Shown here one piece after another: positions 1 through 8,746 of a DNA stretch of 32,000 nucleotides; within the stretch, counting starts at the first letter, position 1, and every line of letters begins with the position of its first letter. The position numbers and the translations under genes were made by a program. This stretch comes from Nostoc punctiforme PCC 73102 (GTDB lineage Bacteria; Cyanobacteriota; Cyanobacteriia; Cyanobacteriales; Nostocaceae): assembly GCF_000020025.1 (NCBI RefSeq), contig NC_010632.1:60001-92000 (forward strand). The letters run 5' to 3'. A model generated the notes under the pieces. That model saw nothing but the letters and a program-made list of their open reading frames with translations. It was not told the origin of the DNA and did not search any database.

Positions 1-37
1 TCTAATTACAGTTGCCCAAGCCCTATTTCCGATTTCG

Positions 38-592
38 TTAAAACGCTATCTCATTCGCAGCTTTTGTTACAGCGATTGCTTGTTTACTGATTTCTCGCCA
101 ATCGCTTTGCTCGTTGTAGGATGCCATTACTAACTCACTATTTACCCACACACGACAGAACAGCACACTTTCGTCAGTCGTTCCTGGCTGTGGCTGTAGC
201 GTAATTGGAGAATACAACTGTTCTGGGGTCAAAGTTGCGATCGCTGCAAGTATGCACTTTGAGAAATGGGTATCGTAGCCTGATTCTAAGATATATGTCC
301 GGTCTGCTTGAACAGTAATTAACAACTTGCAAGATTCTTTTTTACGCCGTTCTGTATTCTCGAACCGCAGTTCTTTAAGATACCCTGTTAAAGCAGTTTG
401 GGGAATATCACTCGGTTCACCGTTTAATGTGTACCACAGCCCTCCATGCTGACGATTACAGTAGATTCTGCAATTGCCAGCTTCCGAGTGTAATCCCAAT
501 TTCGGCTTATTGATTGCTGCAACCAACTGCTTGAGTAGCTCCTCTTGACGCATCAGGACAGCAAGTAATTCGGCATTTTCTTGAGGGGACAT
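38..592 (-). CDS. hypothetical protein (184 aa)
   Basis: Uninterrupted 184-codon ORF with an ATG start. No catalytic or binding motif that I can assign by eye. Confidence 0.45.
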   Translation of the reverse strand: MSPQENAELLAVLMRQEELLKQLVAAINKPKLGLHSEAGNCRIYCNRQHGGLWYTLNGEPSDIPQTALTGYLKELRFENTERRKKESCKLLITVQADRTYILESGYDTHFSKCILAAIATLTPEQLYSPITLQPQPGTTDESVLFCRVWVNSELVMASYNEQSDWREISKQAIAVTKAANEIAF

Positions 593-726
593 TGTTCAAT
601 ACCAATACATTTCACTTTCGCATTGGCGAAGCCATTGCCTACAGATGTATCTATCAAGTGTAGAGCCAATAAAACAGCGCTCCTGTTGATACAAAAGCGC
701 TTTATAAAACAGTTATTTGATTAAGA

Positions 727-1620
727 TTATCCGTGTGAATTAAATCTGACCAACAACTCTTCACGGGATAACTGAAGGCATAGCGGAGTAAATTCTTCTG
801 GTGTTAACTGCAATAAACTATCGACTACTCTCGCTAATTCTTCATCCACAGAACCAAACCGGAATCTCAACAAGTTTTCTACAACTTGACGGCGTTCTTG
901 TTGCACTCCTTGCTGTTTAGTAGTTTCTTCCCACTGCTGATAAGCTTGCGACAAATTCATAATTAATTCCTGCTCATCTTCCGTTAAAGTTTCTTGCTGT
1001 TGAACTATAATGACCCGCAAATTAGTAATCAGTTTGAGAGTATTCTGTCTTAATTGGTTGCTTTCGGGTAGTGCCAGCAATTCATCAATGGCAGTACGTT
1101 GCGTTTCGCCTCTACCCAAAATTCTCAGCCATAATGTTTCTTCTGTTACTGGTAGCTCGTTAACCGCTACTATTGCTGCCCTAAAACATTTCTGGAAAAA
1201 GTAAACTCCCCTGCTCCACTTTTCTAAATCTAGTTTAACCTCTAAATCCTCCAACAGAGAGGCGGAAGTACTGGGCGATATAATCCACAAACGAGCTAAA
1301 CTATCTTCTGGTAAGCTGGTTTTCTCTCGCTTGGCTTTGCGTTGTGAGTCTGCAATCACGGTGAACAGTTTCAGAAAACAGTTGCGTACCTCTGACCTAG
1401 TGGGTTGATTGCGAAATGGTTCCAAGAGTGCCGTATTTAGTACAGCGATTCTACCTAATAATCCAAGATTTTGAGCTTGGGCAGTTGGTGTGCTTGTAAA
1501 CAAAACGTCAACAAATCTGGCTTCATCAGTGACTTGTTTGTTAACTTCTACTCTACCTAAAGGAGACAACAACTCCTCTAATAATTCCTTAGAAAACTGA
1601 TCGTAAGGCTTGCTAGTCAT
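727..1620 (-). CDS. Rpn / PD-(D/E)XK-like putative transposase-nuclease family protein with a DUF4351-like C-terminus
   Basis: 297 aa. The N-terminus (YDQFSKELLEELL...GRVEVNKQV.DEARFVDVLF) and the C-terminal LLRFRFG...LLQLTPEEF segment resemble the cyanobacterial Rpn/DUF4351 family. Assignment is from memory of the family, not from a search. Confidence 0.5.
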   Translation of the reverse strand: MTSKPYDQFSKELLEELLSPLGRVEVNKQVTDEARFVDVLFTSTPTAQAQNLGLLGRIAVLNTALLEPFRNQPTRSEVRNCFLKLFTVIADSQRKAKREKTSLPEDSLARLWIISPSTSASLLEDLEVKLDLEKWSRGVYFFQKCFRAAIVAVNELPVTEETLWLRILGRGETQRTAIDELLALPESNQLRQNTLKLITNLRVIIVQQQETLTEDEQELIMNLSQAYQQWEETTKQQGVQQERRQVVENLLRFRFGSVDEELARVVDSLLQLTPEEFTPLCLQLSREELLVRFNSHG

Positions 1621-1698
1621 GTTTTAAAGACAAACTGTATTTTATTTTACAAGGATTGGTTATGGTTGCATGGTGGGTTTTAATACCCACCATTTCAG

Positions 1699-2499
1699 TT
1701 ACGCTGCTACTAACTCCCGACAAACTTGCGGCAGTTCAATCGGAGCAGTTGTCCTGGATAGAACCTCTACAGCCTCTTTCACACTCCAGTACCGTACTCC
1801 ATCGCCACAGCGCCAATAGTAAGTCTTGGGGTCGTTTTCCCATAACTCATCAGCGTTTCTAACCTTGAAGAGTATGCCCAAAAACTCACCATCTAGATAG
1901 ACGTTGTGAGCCGTCTGGAGGTCAGTGCGTCCTACATAAGTTAGTCGATAGCCGTCCACTGGTTTGCACAAGTCTTCTGCGCGAGTACCGCGATACCCAC
2001 AGTTACCGCACCCATGCCCACCACAATCTGGACAGATGGCAGCAGGCATATTCCACTTCGGCAGGGTGAAATCCCATTCAGCAAGTGGGGTTAATAGTTG
2101 AGGCTTCTGCGAAGTGTAGCAACCAGCGTGACCGATTACTTTATCGGGATAGTATTGGACGCTCAACGATAACCAGTCACAATCACCCAACAAGCCAATT
2201 TTCTCAGCAGCTTGTTTCAATTCCCTTTCTTCTTTGTGATTGCACTTTACTGGAGCAGAAAGACTCGCTTTTACCTCTGCAACAGCGCGTTTGAAAGATT
2301 GTTTGTGGTAACGAGCATAGCCGTGGATCATTTTTACCCAAACCGTGGTGTCATCTTCACTAATCCAAATAGTCACTACATCTTCGGGCTTGCAGTTTTT
2401 GGAGTAGTCCGACTGATTGACGATGGTTGCAATGATTTGGCGATCCTGTGTGGTTAGCGGATCTTTTGTTAGCGTAGGGGCTGAAAGTTGTGTCATCAT
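1699..2499 (-). CDS. hypothetical protein with two adjacent CxxCxGxG zinc-finger motifs
   Basis: 266-aa ORF. Contains CPDCGGHGCGNCGYRG, which is two back-to-back DnaJ-type CxxCxGxG units. Confidence 0.5.
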   Translation of the reverse strand: MMTQLSAPTLTKDPLTTQDRQIIATIVNQSDYSKNCKPEDVVTIWISEDDTTVWVKMIHGYARYHKQSFKRAVAEVKASLSAPVKCNHKEERELKQAAEKIGLLGDCDWLSLSVQYYPDKVIGHAGCYTSQKPQLLTPLAEWDFTLPKWNMPAAICPDCGGHGCGNCGYRGTRAEDLCKPVDGYRLTYVGRTDLQTAHNVYLDGEFLGILFKVRNADELWENDPKTYYWRCGDGVRYWSVKEAVEVLSRTTAPIELPQVCRELVAA

Positions 2500-2886
2500 T
2501 AGAAATACCTCTTAAATGGGTAAAAGGGCGATCGCGAGTTTTCCAGACGCAGCGATCACCTTATTTTCATTGGTCAGTTTGTTGTGCTTGCACAACACTC
2601 TCAATCTAGATTTGGCGAAGCCTTATAGAACCCATTTGGGAATCAGGTTTCTGCGATGCGATCTGCTTTGCAGCAACGCTAGGCTAACGCCTCGCTTCGC
2701 TAACGTGATCGCTTTGGTCCCCTACTCATCTCTACTCAATCTTCCAATCAGGCATATAACCAGAAGTAACTTGGCTATACATTTGCAAGACCGATGCAGA
2801 AATACGTCCTGAGAGTTTTGCGATCGCCCATAGCGCTCTTGTAAAATCATTTTCAATTGTTGAGAATTCGCAAGAGAAAAAAGTTT

Positions 2887-3231
2887 ATGGCAGATAAGTC
2901 CGGTCAAGACCCCTCGGAAATCACAATGGCAACGGTTGATGAAGAACGAAAAGGCGCAACTTTCAGAGGTACGGTCATCCTTGGGATAGATCCTGATGCT
3001 GGGGAAGTCGTTTTCTTTAGAGACTTTTTAATTGAAGATTATAAAGGCGAACTTACCGCAAATCTTGCAACAGATGGCGATATAACGAAAAGCATTGATT
3101 TAGGCGAACTCGATCATAAAAGCCCCAGTTTTAGGCTGCCAATTCCGTTGGGAACGGATACATTACCCTACAATACAGTCGTGTTGAGCGACAAAAAAAG
3201 CAAGAAAAAAATCCTGACGATCAATCTATAA
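2887..3231 (+). CDS. hypothetical protein (114 aa from the first ATG)
   Basis: The track ORF 2857..3231 starts at TTG. The first ATG is at 2887 (MADKSGQDPS...). No recognisable domain. Confidence 0.35.
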   Translation: MADKSGQDPSEITMATVDEERKGATFRGTVILGIDPDAGEVVFFRDFLIEDYKGELTANLATDGDITKSIDLGELDHKSPSFRLPIPLGTDTLPYNTVVLSDKKSKKKILTINL

Positions 3232-3705
3232 AATTTGTAACTTAGCTCCTAGTTCAGCCAAATTCGATTGCCCTCCTGTATATATCTCAAATGGGTTCTA
3301 CAAAAGTGTTCAATGGTAAAGCGTATCAACTGATGGTCAAAACACCAGACAGTAAAAAGCTGTAGAGAAGATATTGGATTTATCGTGCCCTCTGTACAGC
3401 CACAGCCATGTCGAAACAATTGAAAAGGCGATTACATACTGAGGAGTAATAATCGCCTTAATTCTAAAAAGATTGAAGTTTTTACAACCAGTTTTTAGAC
3501 GTGGTAGGTCATCGGAATCATCTCGCGGTGGCTTGGCCATTACAAGTTTTAGGCTGCGGCTACTTATCCCGCCGGCTATTGGTTTCTAATAGTTTTGTTG
3601 CTAATTCAATTTGATTGGTTTGAGTTTTGAGCGCTTCTTCCTTTCTCTGAGAGGCATCGCGCTCAATTCCTCTCTTGTATATATAATTTGCAACACGGTG
3701 TTGTA

Positions 3706-4017
3706 TTATGTCAATAGAGTTTTGCATATTTCTTGTAAACTTTCAGGATTGATTACTAACGCTGGAAATAACTTCCAAATAGGTACATTAAGCGCATTAC
3801 AAATAGCAAACGCATCTTCTTTGGAAATTGATTCTGGTCTATTTCCAGGGTTTGCCCATTCAAGGTTTTGGATAAAAGTATTGCTGCGACCAGCTTGAAT
3901 CGCTAATTTATCTCGGCTAGTTTTACCCCGTAGTTTTCTCAATCGCTGTGCTGTTTCTTCATCCCAAGTAAAACGAGATACATAGGACAGTTTCACAAAG
4001 CAGACCTCCTCTGTCAT
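3706..4017 (-). CDS. XRE-family helix-turn-helix transcriptional regulator
   Basis: 103 aa with an HTH_3-like core: LRKLRGKTSRDKLAIQAGRSNTFIQNLE...SKEDAFAICNALNVP. Confidence 0.6.
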   Translation of the reverse strand: MTEEVCFVKLSYVSRFTWDEETAQRLRKLRGKTSRDKLAIQAGRSNTFIQNLEWANPGNRPESISKEDAFAICNALNVPIWKLFPALVINPESLQEICKTLLT

Positions 4018-4089
4018 TTAGCTCTCCTCTAATTTACAACACCAACTTGTGTTTTTAGAGTTTTTTGATTACACTGAAATAGTGATAAC

Positions 4090-4131
4090 GCAAAAGCGAT
4101 CGCCAGCCAGGAAGCAACGCGATCGCTTTGC
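4090..4131. repeat. imperfect inverted repeat built from two HIP1 octamers
   Basis: GCAAAAGCGATCGC (4090-4103) faces GCGATCGCTTTGC (4119-4131) across a 15-nt loop. It lies in the XRE upstream region. Confidence 0.7.
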
Positions 4132-4163
4132 AAAACTCATTTACAAAAAGTAAGCCAATTACA

Positions 4164-4301
4164 ATGCTGACACACTTTTGGCGTGTTTCAGAAATCAACC
4201 AAATGCCTCAGTCTGGGCAGATAGGCAAATACGCGATACCCAAGGGCTATGTTAATGCCACCCAGATGGCTAAAGCTAACCGTAAACTTTTGTCAGACTA
4301 A
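4164..4301 (+). pseudogene. possible KilA-N domain N-terminal remnant (45 aa)
   Basis: Short ORF below the track cutoff: MLTHFWRVSEINQMPQSGQIGKYAIPKGYVNATQMAKANRKLLSD. The GYVNATQMAKA segment resembles the start of KilA-N domains. The ORF stops far too early for a full domain. Confidence 0.25.
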
Positions 4302-4410
4302 ATAATACGATAGCTTCATTCTTCCCTTAACACTCTTTTTAGTTATTTCAGCTTACAATTTGTCCGACTTCTGCTTCCAAAGATTGTTCAAAATCTTCTT
4401 AAAATCACAT

Positions 4411-5101
4411 CTACCGTTCACATCCAATGCCATCACCATCTCGGTCAAACCCATGAGGATCGGGTGACAGCACTTTAAACCTTCTTTGGGTGATGTCTCG
4501 GCAATCTAAGTCTGGTGAATTCTTTGGAATGCAAAAATCTGGGTAAGAGGGATCGCAGTTATTCTGTTGCTGCGGTTGGATCGGTTGTGAAGTTGTCTTT
4601 TGGGTAGCTCTGTGGCGGAAGTCCCAAGGCATTACAGGATTGGCCTGACTCCAAAATGCTAAACGCTGTTGTTTAGCGATATTTTCACCCTGCAACAAAC
4701 TATCTTTAGATTGTGGACAGCCTTTGAGATACTGACGATAAACTTTCATATTGTCCCTCTTGCACCATCTTGAGATTGACACTGCGATTCTCGACAAACA
4801 CCTCTGCAACCAAGCGCTTATATTTGTCAGTTTCAATAGCACGTAGGGTAATTCCTTGTCCCACTGGCAGCAATTGTTTAAGTCTTGCAGATGATTGTTG
4901 ACCCCAAGGATTCTGTTTCATTTCTGGTGCATCAATGCAAGCAAGGCGGACTGTTACAGTTTTGTTACCAGTTCTCACCCGTATGGTGTCACCGTCACCT
5001 ACGCTTACAACTGTAGCGGTAAGATTGTTGGCAAATACGGGTAACGCCGTTTGAGCTAGAAGCAAAGCCGCAACACCAATCAAGCGAAATTTAAAAACCA
5101 T
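4411..5101 (-). pseudogene. secreted thermonuclease (SNase-like) with an Excalibur-like C-terminus, frameshifted
   Basis: ORF 4706..5101 has a signal-peptide-like N-terminus and the SNase motifs GDGDTIRV...VRLACIDAPE, running to MVQEGQ. The continuation (K)VYRQYL...CDPSYPDFCIP...DRDGDGIGCE is in another frame (ORF 4411..4842). The junction is around 4745-4760. Confidence 0.75.
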
Positions 5102-5189
5102 TTGTACTAAAAATCACTCTTAACTTCTTCTTTTAGGATTCCCAATTTCAGCCAAGCGATCGCTTGTGATAAAGCAGTACACTGGTACT

Positions 5190-5345
5190 ATGCCAAAAGT
5201 TCCAGAGTGCGATAACTGTCTCCTCTATTCACATAACCCCCACCTCGTCTGTGTCGTTCACCCTGATGGGGTAGAGGGTGAGAGCTGCTTGGACTTTCGA
5301 CTTGACCCCAACGCCAAAGCATTGGTAATTAGAACTAACACTTGA
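5190..5345 (+). CDS. small Cys-rich protein (51 aa)
   Basis: ATG ORF below the track cutoff: MPKVPECDNCLLYSHNPHLVCVVHPDGVEGESCLDF... The CxxC...P.LxCxVHP...C.DF pattern recurs in cyanobacterial proteins as far as I recall. Confidence 0.3.
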   Translation: MPKVPECDNCLLYSHNPHLVCVVHPDGVEGESCLDFRLDPNAKALVIRTNT

Positions 5346-5432
5346 ACTCTTTAATTTAATTAACGCCGACGCTTCACAAGGATGAATAGAGCGATCGCAC
5401 TTCGAGAGTTAAGATATCTCTTAAAAAGTAAT

Positions 5433-5948
5433 TTAGGCAGGAATGATTAAAGCGATTAGTGAACGCTTATCAAGTGATTGAACTTTTCCTACAGAGTTGA
5501 GATCACTTACAACCCGGTCTAGTAGTTCTCCAGCTTGGTCACGATATTGATGTTCTCGACCTCGTAAACGAACGGCAAACTTCACCGAATCACCTTTACT
5601 CAACCACCCAACTGCTTGTTCAATACGTAACTTATAATCAGCTACACCTATATTCAAACCAAACCGAACTTCTTTTACTACTGGTCTAGCACTTTGTGCC
5701 TGACGCTTTTTCTTTTGATACTGAAGCTTGCCATAATTCAGAATCTTTGCAACTGGAGCCTCTTTTCCTTCAGACACTAACACTAGGTCTAACTCTAGGC
5801 TTTCGGCTAGCTGTAATGCTTCATTGGTATCGGTTAAACCACGATTATTATTCTCATGGTCAATCAAGAAAACTTGGGGTGACTTGATTTGCGAGTTTAT
5901 TAATTGTTTTGGAATTGCGATAACGTTTGACTCCCAGATATTACAAAT
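5433..5948 (-). CDS. infC: translation initiation factor IF-3 paralogue, non-canonical start codon
   Basis: C-domain: KEVRFGLNIGVADYKLRIEQAVGWLSKGDSVKFAVRLRGREHQ. N-domain: ALQLAESLELDLVLVSE. The track start is a TTG at 5867. The frame stays open upstream to a TAG at 5949-5951 and encodes IAIPKQLINSQIKSPQVFLID, the conserved IF-3 N-terminal strand. That stretch has no ATG/GTG/TTG, only ATT/ATC/ATA codons (ATT at 5946-5948, ATC at 5937-5939). The exact start is uncertain. Confidence 0.75.
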   Translation of the reverse strand: MCNIWESNVIAIPKQLINSQIKSPQVFLIDHENNNRGLTDTNEALQLAESLELDLVLVSEGKEAPVAKILNYGKLQYQKKKRQAQSARPVVKEVRFGLNIGVADYKLRIEQAVGWLSKGDSVKFAVRLRGREHQYRDQAGELLDRVVSDLNSVGKVQSLDKRSLIALIIPA

Positions 5949-6193
5949 CTATAAAGTATTAGTCATGCCGACTGTTGACAGCCTTGTTGTCTAAATCTAT
6001 CGTCACCTAATCTTTTGCTTCTCTCTATTTACAAAACCTGCATGGCATGGAGCGCTTCTATTGAGAATCTCATACATACTTTGGCTTTGACTGATTATAT
6101 AATCACTTTTAACAGGAAATTGTGTGAAGCTGTAAGAGAATGAAGAATTAAACTTTCTTCTACTAATCAGTGTTAACTTACATAATTGTAAAT

Positions 6194-6382
6194 ATGCCTT
6201 CAATTTTCTACAACCGTACCGATAGCCAGCAGCCACAAAGCATTACCATTCAAGGTTATATTATCCGTCCCGGATTACACATTCTCACTTACGAGCAACT
6301 CAAGTTGCTACGGGAGCAAACACAGCACCATTCTCAGCTTGAACATTTAGTCAGCCAAGGCGTGATCAAGTTGACTGGTTAA
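6194..6382 (+). CDS. hypothetical small protein (62 aa from the ATG)
   Basis: The track ORF 6170..6382 starts at GTG. The first ATG is at 6194 (MPSIFYNRTD...). No recognisable domain. Confidence 0.25.
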   Translation: MPSIFYNRTDSQQPQSITIQGYIIRPGLHILTYEQLKLLREQTQHHSQLEHLVSQGVIKLTG

Positions 6383-6402
6383 TAGTCGCCAGCACGAAAA
6401 TC

Positions 6403-6909
6403 CTAACTCGCTACATCTAATTCCATTGTTGCTGGCTGTTGTTGCTCCTTGACAGCACCCAGTTCCTCAATAAAAGCGTCAATTGCCTTGGCTGCTGACT
6501 GCTTACCTGTTTTCAATTTAGAAAGGATATTTTCGCGTATTGCTGAATAATCTGGTAAGACTTGCTGCTCAACAGAGATAGCCTCTTGCTTTGGTAGGGC
6601 AACTCCACCATCACGCTTTTCTATTAAGTCCTTTATCTGAGCGATCGCATCTGCCATCTCTTGCTTAATCACCTGTTTTATGTCTTCCCCATCAGGTGTA
6701 AACACAGCTAAAGCATTTACTTCCTGTTTAACTATTTCCTTAATCTCATCACCATTAGATAACGCTAGCCCAGGTTGTGTCTGACCCAGGATTCCCTGGA
6801 GCAATCTTGTTGCTGTATGATTCAATGACTCATTTTCAGAAATCTGCATTGCCGATAAAGCTTTGACTTCTGTATCAGTTAGCGCAATTGAAATTGTTAC
6901 CTTAGCCAT
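6403..6909 (-). CDS. hypothetical protein with an internal duplicated acidic/Lys-rich segment
   Basis: 168 aa with an ATG start. Contains GDEIKEIVKQEVNA and GEDIKQVIKQEMADA, an internal repeat. Confidence 0.45.
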   Translation of the reverse strand: MAKVTISIALTDTEVKALSAMQISENESLNHTATRLLQGILGQTQPGLALSNGDEIKEIVKQEVNALAVFTPDGEDIKQVIKQEMADAIAQIKDLIEKRDGGVALPKQEAISVEQQVLPDYSAIRENILSKLKTGKQSAAKAIDAFIEELGAVKEQQQPATMELDVAS

Positions 6910-7382
6910 ACTTTTAAAGCTTGTAAATATTAATCTTGTACATAGCTAGTTCTGGGTTATACCGTTTGCATACAGTTTCTTTGACAGTATTTTTATTGCT
7001 TACCACGAATCCTGTATAAATAACTTATCAATGACCCAATTATTAAACTTTGCCCTGTGAGCAACTTTTACCCTCGATTTTTTAATTTAGCTTCAAATTA
7101 GTCAAGTTGCCACTCATTCAATTCTAACGCACACTTACCTGATATCCATCTTAAAAATGAGGGCACATCTGCCCTGATGTAAACTTTTGACTTTTAAATA
7201 TTGCCCTACATCCGCTACCCTTGCAGTTTTATAACTAGAACTTACTTGTTCGGTTCGTTGCACTGTGTAAAGTCAGCGCAGTCAGGATAGTTTACATCTG
7301 CTATAAATACTCAACTTCGACAGCAAAATCACCTGTTAATACAAATGTATTATAGTAGTGGTAAATTAAACTATGCACCTTT

Positions 7383-8630
7383 ATGCACCTTCTATGGTTT
7401 CGTCGAGATTTGCGTTTAACTGATAACGAAATTGTCACCTCTTCATCTGGTAACGATGCAAGAGTTTTGCCATTCTTCATTATTGACCCTTGGTTTTATA
7501 CCTGGGCTGATGTCGGGACTGCTAGAGTCCGGTTCTTGTTTGAGTCTTTGGAAAAACTCAACTCAAATCTGCAAAAGTTAAGTAGTCGGCTGTACTTATT
7601 TGAAGGTAATTCTACAGGCATCGTGCAAGAGTTGACTAGACAGTTAACCGAGCGAGGATATAAACCCAAGCTTTTCTTTAACCGTGATGTACAGGTAGAG
7701 TATGGTATCAACCGGGATAAAACTATAGTTGATTTTTACAAACAGTTAAATCTTGATTATCACATTGGACTAAACAACTTTCTGCAATCAGCAGAGCAAC
7801 GTGACGAGTGGGTTAACGAATACTACACCTATCAAAGACAATCCCAGTATAAAACACCAGCAATTATTAATACGCCTCAAATCACACTCAATCTACCACA
7901 GCTAACATTTGAAGAACTTAAACAGAAATACCATCGCTTTTGGGCAGTAGAAAAAGTTTATTTCCCAGGGGGTGAAACACAAGCACAAGCTCAACTGGAC
8001 TCATTTCTCAAAAAAAGATATTACGGATACCATTGGAAGCTTTCTCGCCCAATGCTCTCACAGCTTGGGGCAACATCTCATTTATCACCACACCTGACTT
8101 TTGGGACTATTTCAACTCGCACTGTTTACCAAAGCACTAAAGCCTTAGCAGAACAATTAAAAACTCAACCCAAGGCAGAATTCTCCCTCAAAGCATTTCG
8201 AGACCGTTTGCGCTGGCATGATAGTTTTACACAGCGACTCTATTTTCATCCAGAAATTGCTTACACTAATCGTTACAGGGAGTTTGACAAATTATATACC
8301 CCAGAAACATTGTCAGGAGCAAAACAAGAATTGTACCAAGCTTGGCAACAAGGAATGACAGGCTTTCCCTTAGTTGATGCCAGTATGCGGCAACTTCAAA
8401 CAATGGGCTGGATGAATTTTCGCATGAGGGCAATGTGCGCCACTTTTTTAACTATCAATTGTGGGGTTTCATGGCATCACGGAGCTAAACACTACATGAA
8501 CTATTTGGTCGATGGAGATTTAGCAATTGATAATTGGCAATGGCAAATGCAAGCTGGTGTAACTAATCCACTTAGTGATACTTTTCGGATCTATAATCCA
8601 TCAAAAAATATTGCCGAAAAAGACCCACTA
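7383..8630 (+). pseudogene. photolyase/cryptochrome-family gene, 5' part (416 codons), interrupted by a transposon
   Basis: N-terminus LLWFRRDLRLTDN and FAD-binding motifs TGFPLVDASMRQL...GWMNFRMRAMCATFL...DGDLAIDNWQWQMQAG...FRIYNPSKN. The reading frame runs into the transposon IR at 8631 and terminates at 8669. Confidence 0.85.
8626..8630. repeat. target-site duplication CACTA (left copy)
   Basis: CACTA lies immediately outside the left IR. An identical 5-mer lies immediately outside the right IR at 13455-13459. Confidence 0.85.
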
Positions 8631-8679
8631 GGGGTAAATATAGCGAAGCTGTCACCAGGGGCAAGATAGGCTGAAAGTA
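8631..8679. repeat. left terminal inverted repeat of the Tn3-family element
   Basis: GGGGTAAATATAGCGAAGCTGTCACCAGGGGCAAGATAGGCTGAAAGTA is the exact reverse complement of 13406..13454. Confidence 0.95.
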
Positions 8680-8746
8680 CTGCGGTGGATGACTTTCAGA
8701 CTATAAGATTAAGAGACATACGAACAAAGCGTATTTTTAGACACAT

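Noticed and set aside
1010-1204. Short ORFs nested in larger genes (1010..1204, 1656..1862, 2085..2294, 2212..2457, 7496..7711, 9442..9681, 9610..9807, 10062..10253, 17464..17649, 18350..18580, 21041..21298, 22086..22286, 27134..27346, 29528..29710, 29778..29990)
   Set aside because: Each is embedded in, or antisense to, a long ORF with clear family motifs. There is no independent evidence for any of them.
2516-2907. ORFs 2516..2812 (+) and 2722..2907 (-)
   Set aside because: They overlap each other in an intergenic stretch carrying HIP1 sites. The composition is odd (Leu/Arg/Cys-rich) and no start context or motif is visible.
3337-3898. ORFs 3337..3540 (-) and 3611..3898 (+)
   Set aside because: The first has no motif and is hydrophobic and low-complexity. 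The second overlaps the XRE gene antisense.
6003-6236. 77-aa minus-strand ORF
   Set aside because: It overlaps the start of the plus-strand 6170/6194..6382 ORF in an AT-rich spacer. It is basic and low-complexity, and I cannot favour it.
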